NCBI RefSeq assembly: GCF_000247565.1
Contig: NC_016893.1
Span: 270,001 to 302,000 of the forward strand
DNA from: Wigglesworthia glossinidia endosymbiont of Glossina morsitans morsitans (Yale colony)
GTDB taxonomy: Bacteria > Pseudomonadota > Gammaproteobacteria > Enterobacterales > Enterobacteriaceae
Direction: 5' to 3'
DNA length: 32,000 bases
Below, in pieces: positions 28,688 through 32,000 of the stretch. Each line of letters starts with the position of its first letter. Position 1 is the first letter of the stretch. A program made the translations under genes and the position numbers. Below the pieces are notes generated by a model. The model worked only from the letters and a program-made list of their open reading frames with translations, was not told the origin of the DNA and ran no database searches.

Positions 28688-29617
28688 TCAAAAACTTTTA
28701 TTAAATATTACAGCTAAAATAGCTTGTCTTACAAATATACCATTTGCTGCTTGTTGAAAATAATAAGCATGATTTGTACTGTCTACTTCATATGAAATTT
28801 CATCCGCTCTAGGTAGAGGATGTAATATTTTAAGTGTTTTTTTTGCAAAAAATAAATCTTTTCTACTCAAAACAAATTTTGCATGAATTTTTGCGTATTC
28901 AGATACGTCTAAACGTTCTTTTTGGATTCTAGTCATGTAAAGTATATCAATACGTTTAATTACGTCTTTTACTTCATTATGAAAATAATATTCTATTTTT
29001 TTTTCTTTTAAAATATTAATAATGTACTTGGGCAGCATAAGTTCTTGATGAGCAATGAAATGAATACGATTGTTTTTAAATTTTGATAAAGCTTGAGTAA
29101 GTGAGTGTACGGTTCTACTATATTTTAGGTCACCTACAATTGCTATTTCAAGATGATTTAATCTCCCTTGTGTATCTTGAATGCTAAATAAATCTAAAAT
29201 TGTTTGCGTAGGATGTTGATTTGAGCCATCTCCAGCATTGATGACTGGTATTCCTCCGGAATGTTCAGAAGCTAATTTAGATGCTCCTTCTTTAGGATGT
29301 CGTAAAATAATAGCATCTACATACTTGCTAATTACTAAAATAGTATCTATAAAACTTTCTCCTTTTTTTGCTAAAGATGTATGTGATGCGTCAGAAAATC
29401 CTATTGATGATGCTCCTAATCGATAAATAGCAGACTCAAAAGATAATCTTGTACGAGTAGATGCTTCTAAAAAACAAACTGCGATAATTTTATTTTTTAA
29501 TAATTTTGGTTGAGATTTATTTTTTAGTTGAAAAGCAATTTTAAGAATCAATTGAAGATGATCTTTAGTAAAATCGCTTATTGAAATGAGGTGTTTTTTG
29601 TATAATGGATTTATCAT
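28688..29617 (-). CDS. pyrB: Aspartate carbamoyltransferase catalytic subunit
   Basis: '[22 protein letters not shown]', '[13 protein letters not shown]', '[18 protein letters not shown]', 'HPLPRADEI', '[16 protein letters not shown]'. Confidence 0.97.
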   Translation of the reverse strand: MINPLYKKHLISISDFTKDHLQLILKIAFQLKNKSQPKLLKNKIIAVCFLEASTRTRLSFESAIYRLGASSIGFSDASHTSLAKKGESFIDTILVISKYVDAIILRHPKEGASKLASEHSGGIPVINAGDGSNQHPTQTILDLFSIQDTQGRLNHLEIAIVGDLKYSRTVHSLTQALSKFKNNRIHFIAHQELMLPKYIINILKEKKIEYYFHNEVKDVIKRIDILYMTRIQKERLDVSEYAKIHAKFVLSRKDLFFAKKTLKILHPLPRADEISYEVDSTNHAYYFQQAANGIFVRQAILAVIFNKSF

Positions 29618-29680
29618 AACTATGTTTATAAAGAATAGTATACAACTTTATTCTATTTCATTAGGTAATTAGTATGTGCA

Positions 29681-32000
29681 TTATCCTAAATATAATTCGA
29701 CATTTTTTATGAGCTTTGGATTTTCATTTAAATTTTTTTTAGAATTTTTTAAATTAAAATTAATACTTTTTAAATTAAATATTTTGCAAAATATATCCAT
29801 ATATTGGATAATAAAATCTATTTCTTCTCGAGTGCAGTTTATTAAATATGCGTTTATTGGCTGCTTAAGAGGAATTTTCATATCAGTTTTTAATATTCTT
29901 ATTTCAATCAGAATTTTTTTAAACCATTCTACTAAACAATACTGATGCTCGTCATCTAAAGATAAGAATACTTTTTCGGGAAATTTTTCGAGCATAAGTA
30001 TACTTTTTGTTGTCTTTCCAAATTTTTTTTGAAAACTTTGCCAAATTTCTTCAGTAATAAATGGAACAAAAGGATGTAATATTTTTAATAAATTTTTTAA
30101 TATAGTGAGTAAAGTATAATATGTACTCTCTAAATATAAAATAATTTTTTCTTTAAAAATCATTTTACTAATTTCTAAATACCAATCACAAAATTGATGC
30201 CATATAAATTGATATAAATTATTTGCAGACAAATCAAATCTGAAATTATCTAAATATTTTATATGTAATTCTAAAATTTTATTATATTTATAAAATATCC
30301 AATTGTCTAAAGGAGAAAAATAAATTTTATTTTTATCAAAATTTATTTTTTTATTTTCTGTATTTATAAATATGAACCGACTAGCATGCCATAATTTATT
30401 GCAAAAATTTTTGCATCCTATTATTTGATTAATTTTAACATTAATATTTCTAGTATTTGCAGCAATAAAAGCCATACTAAAACGCAATGCATCTGCTCCG
30501 CATGCTTGGATCCCATTTGGAAATTCTTTTTTTGTAGAATTTTCAATTTCTTTTTTTAAATTTAAATCGTATATATTTTGTGTTCTTTTTTGTAATAATT
30601 CGTAAAGCGAAATTCCGTCGATTATATCTATAGGATCAATAACATTTCCTTCAGATTTTGACATCTTTTTTCCGTACTGATCCCTAATAAGTCCAGTAAT
30701 ATAAATTTTATTAAACGGGATATGAGATTTTCCAGATGAATCTTTTACTATATACATAGTTAACATAATCATACGAGCAATCCAAAAATAAATAATATCA
30801 AAGCCACTAACTATTATATTTGTAGGATGAAACATATTAAAATATAAAGATTTTTCAGGCCATCCCAATGATACAAAACTCCATACTGCAGAAGAAAACC
30901 ATGTATCTAATACGTCTTCGTCTTGTACAAGTTTGATATCTGTTTTTATTTTAAATTTTTTTCTTATTTCAGATTCGTTGTTTCCTGCATATGGAACTTG
31001 GTTGTTGTCGTACCAAATTGGAATTTGATGACCCCACCATATTTGACGAGATATGCACCAATCTTCAATATTATTCATCCAGCTAAAATATAAATTTTCG
31101 TATTGCTTTGGTATAAATTCAATTTTACCGTCTTTAACGGCTTTCATGGCAGTTTTTGCTAAAGATTTCACTTTTAAATACCACTGATGTGTTATCATGG
31201 GTTCTAAAATAACATTACTGCGATCTCCTACTGGAAATTTAATTTTTTTCAACTGCACTTTAGTGATATATCCTAATTCTTTTAATTTTTTTATAACTAG
31301 TATACGCAATTTATTTTTTTCTATATTATGAAATTCTTCTGGAATATTAATTTTAGAATTTTTAATTATTTTACCTTGATAATCAAATACCTCCGGTAAT
31401 TCACGCAGATTACCAGAAAATGTAAAAATATTTATCATGTTTAATTTATGTTTTTTACATATATTAAAATCATTAAAATCATGTGCAGGAGTAATCTTTA
31501 AGCAACCAGTACCAAGTTCCATATTAACATGAGAGTCTTCTATTATAGGAACAGTACGATTTAACAACGGTACAATAACACATTTTCCAATTAAATTTTG
31601 ATATCGAGTATCTTCGGGGTTTACTGCAACAGCGACATCGCCAAAAATAGTTTCTGGTCGAGTAGTAGCGACTTCTAAAAAGTTTAGTCCTTCTTTTGTT
31701 TTTAAATGATTATCTATTTTATATTTTAAGTGCCACATTTTTGAGTTTTTTTCATAATGTTTGACCTCTAAATCTGATATAACAGTATTTAGTTTTGTAT
31801 CCCAATATATTAAACGATTCTTTCTATATATTAATTTTTTTTCATATAATCTTAAAAAGATATTACGAATAGATTTTGATGCCTGTTCATCCATTGTAAA
31901 TCTTAACAAATCAAAATCTGCAGTACATCCTAATCGTTTAATTTGTTTAATAATTAATTTTTCTGCTATTTTTTTCCATTTCCAGGCTTTTCGGAGAAAT
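29681..32000 (-). CDS. valS: Valyl-tRNA synthetase, 5' end truncated by window edge
   Basis: The ORF is open from the window end ('KAWKWKKIAEKLIIKQIKRLGCTADFDLLRFTMDEQA', compare ValS 'IWEWKAES...RRLG'). It also has 'ATTRPETIFGDVAVAVNPED', 'HQWYLKVKSLA', 'SRQIWWGHQIPIWY', 'DEDVLDTWFSSAVWSFVSLGWPE', 'KMSKSEGNVIDP'. Confidence 0.97.
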   Translation of the reverse strand, partial: FLRKAWKWKKIAEKLIIKQIKRLGCTADFDLLRFTMDEQASKSIRNIFLRLYEKKLIYRKNRLIYWDTKLNTVISDLEVKHYEKNSKMWHLKYKIDNHLKTKEGLNFLEVATTRPETIFGDVAVAVNPEDTRYQNLIGKCVIVPLLNRTVPIIEDSHVNMELGTGCLKITPAHDFNDFNICKKHKLNMINIFTFSGNLRELPEVFDYQGKIIKNSKINIPEEFHNIEKNKLRILVIKKLKELGYITKVQLKKIKFPVGDRSNVILEPMITHQWYLKVKSLAKTAMKAVKDGKIEFIPKQYENLYFSWMNNIEDWCISRQIWWGHQIPIWYDNNQVPYAGNNESEIRKKFKIKTDIKLVQDEDVLDTWFSSAVWSFVSLGWPEKSLYFNMFHPTNIIVSGFDIIYFWIARMIMLTMYIVKDSSGKSHIPFNKIYITGLIRDQYGKKMSKSEGNVIDPIDIIDGISLYELLQKRTQNIYDLNLKKEIENSTKKEFPNGIQACGADALRFSMAFIAANTRNINVKINQIIGCKNFCNKLWHASRFIFINTENKKINFDKNKIYFSPLDNWIFYKYNKILELHIKYLDNFRFDLSANNLYQFIWHQFCDWYLEISKMIFKEKIILYLESTYYTLLTILKNLLKILHPFVPFITEEIWQSFQKKFGKTTKSILMLEKFPEKVFLSLDDEHQYCLVEWFKKILIEIRILKTDMKIPLKQPINAYLINCTREEIDFIIQYMDIFCKIFNLKSINFNLKNSKKNLNENPKLIKNVELYLG

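Noticed and set aside
29676-29945. Plus-strand 89-aa ORF opposite the valS 3' end
   Set aside because: Antisense to conserved ValS sequence with no recognisable features. Hydrophobicity arises from AT-rich complementary sequence.
1-32000. Search for CRISPR arrays, transposases, integrases, toxin-antitoxin or defence operons
   Set aside because: No repeat-spacer pattern and no such protein motifs. Almost all of the sequence is explained by conserved core genes.

Overview
This is an extremely AT-rich, gene-dense, reduced-genome segment. Its protein motifs and microsynteny fit an obligate insect endosymbiont of the Enterobacterales. A Blochmannia-like genome is my best guess, but taxonomy is an inference I could not test. 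The gene order is: serC(partial)-aroA-cmk-rpsA-tamA-tamB > | < ppa-fbp-ispB | rplU-rpmA-obgE-ubiF > | < uppP-folB-tsaD | rpsU-dnaG-rpoD-tRNA-Ile(CAU) > | < wHTH/ToxR-CadC-like regulator | ~1.1 kb AT-rich non-coding desert | < pgpA-thiL-nusB-ribH-ribD-pyrB-valS(partial). I see no mobile element, CRISPR array, phage or classical defence system. The strongest observation is that three conserved genes (uppP, thiL, nusB) are each split into two frames exactly at a long poly(A) tract (A10, A14, A10 on the coding strand), and conserved protein sequence resumes in another frame just after the tract. rplU and tamA carry similar tracts (A12, A11) in frame. This fits widespread reliance on polymerase slippage. 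Other points of interest are an ObgE homologue with a substituted P-loop Lys and a divergent switch II, an EPSP synthase with Leu at Pro101, an IspB with a changed second Asp-rich motif, a ValS lacking its C-terminal coiled-coil arm, and a retained membrane-anchored transcriptional regulator next to the non-coding desert.
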